From Ylistrum balloti (Eukaryota): a DNA stretch of 64,000 bases. Under the pieces are notes generated by a model. The model was not told the origin of the DNA and searched no databases. It saw nothing but the letters and a program-made list of their open reading frames with translations. The stretch covers positions 620,001 to 684,000 of the forward strand of contig NW_026782105.1 in the NCBI RefSeq assembly GCF_031769215.1. Direction: 5' to 3'. Below are positions 63,131 through 64,000 of this stretch, piece after piece. The first letter of the stretch is position 1, and every line of letters starts with the position of its first letter. The position numbers were made by a program, and so were the translations under genes.

Positions 63131-64000
63131 CTGGTCATAAGAAAATACAGGTAAACAGCTATTGCATAATATATCTTCCCCACTGATCAATGTACTATCA
63201 TCAAATTCAAAATGTTATTTCACCTGCAAATTAATTCTAATGATATTCTATACCATTTGCACTAATGCCAAAGATGCGTTACAACAAACTAACGTATATA
63301 CGACATGGTAATGTTAACCTAGCTCTATCCAGTCAATTTTCCAGAAATGTGACAGTTAAAAATTCTCTCTGCATTTAATTACCCTCAAATTCTTAGTCAT
63401 AAAACTGAATGCATGACATTCAATGAATTTAGTTACTGGGTACGTTACATTTATTTGTTACAGAATCTTACTTAATTACAAATTAACCTAATAGTAATAA
63501 TTCCTAGTGTATCATGTCATACAAACTTTATTCAATAAGATAAAGGAAATATTTTTTTTTTTTTTTATGTTTTTGATATTTGTTTATGACAAATTTCCTT
63601 CACATTCTGATTTATTTAATACAAAGTTTAATATTCATTTTAGTGATTTTGACATTATCAATTTTTGAAAACTTGTTGACAAGTTGTGAAATGATTGTGA
63701 CCTGGCTGTGGCTGTATCTTTAGGTCGGTTTCCTGTATCATCACAACCCAAATATTTCCTGATTTTTCTATCCTCATTTGAGTATCAAGAGGAGATCACT
63801 TCAGTAAAGTTGAATGGTTAAGTGTTGTACCATTGTACATTCTCTCAATATCATGTATTGTACATATGACAACTCAGAGGGCACATTTATATTTTTCCCC
63901 TATGAGATAAGTATTCCTTAACTGTGCCTATAATATATATTCTATAAAATCAGGTGCTAGAGTCAGTATATACTGTAACTGTATATAATATTCTGTTGTT

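Noticed and set aside
63690-63800. Possible upstream ankyrin exon near the window end
   Set aside because: No frame resembles MYPT1 upstream sequence, so the preceding exon must lie beyond 64000.

Overview
This is AT-rich animal genomic DNA. The lineage is inferred to be an invertebrate, probably a bivalve mollusc, from repeat style and protein divergence. Almost the whole window is the 3' part of one minus-strand spliced gene, a myosin phosphatase targeting subunit (MYPT1/PPP1R12A, Mbs-type). I reconstructed 21 GT-AG exons from 63130 down to the TAG stop at 4222-4224. They join in phase into one open frame of about 920 codons. That frame holds the last ankyrin repeats, the WRxGLRKTGS and RSASSPRL motifs, both inhibitory phosphosites (RRSTQGV, RRSTG), the coiled coil and the leucine zipper ending ENGALIRVISKLSK*. 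The 5' exons (RVxF motif, first ankyrins) lie beyond the right edge. The introns carry about 12 different minisatellite arrays, a tRNA-derived SINE-like relic, other repeat fragments and a 156-N gap. Most long ORFs in the supplied track are repeat artefacts. The best leads all concern isoforms: (1) an intronic Ser/Gly/Tyr-rich exon with its own ATG that would give a 222-aa M20/M21-like small subunit; (2) a 22-nt stop-containing microexon in the last intron and an alternative acceptor behind the stop codon, either of which would remove the leucine zipper; (3) several frame-preserving cassette or microexon candidates. None of these can be confirmed without transcript data.
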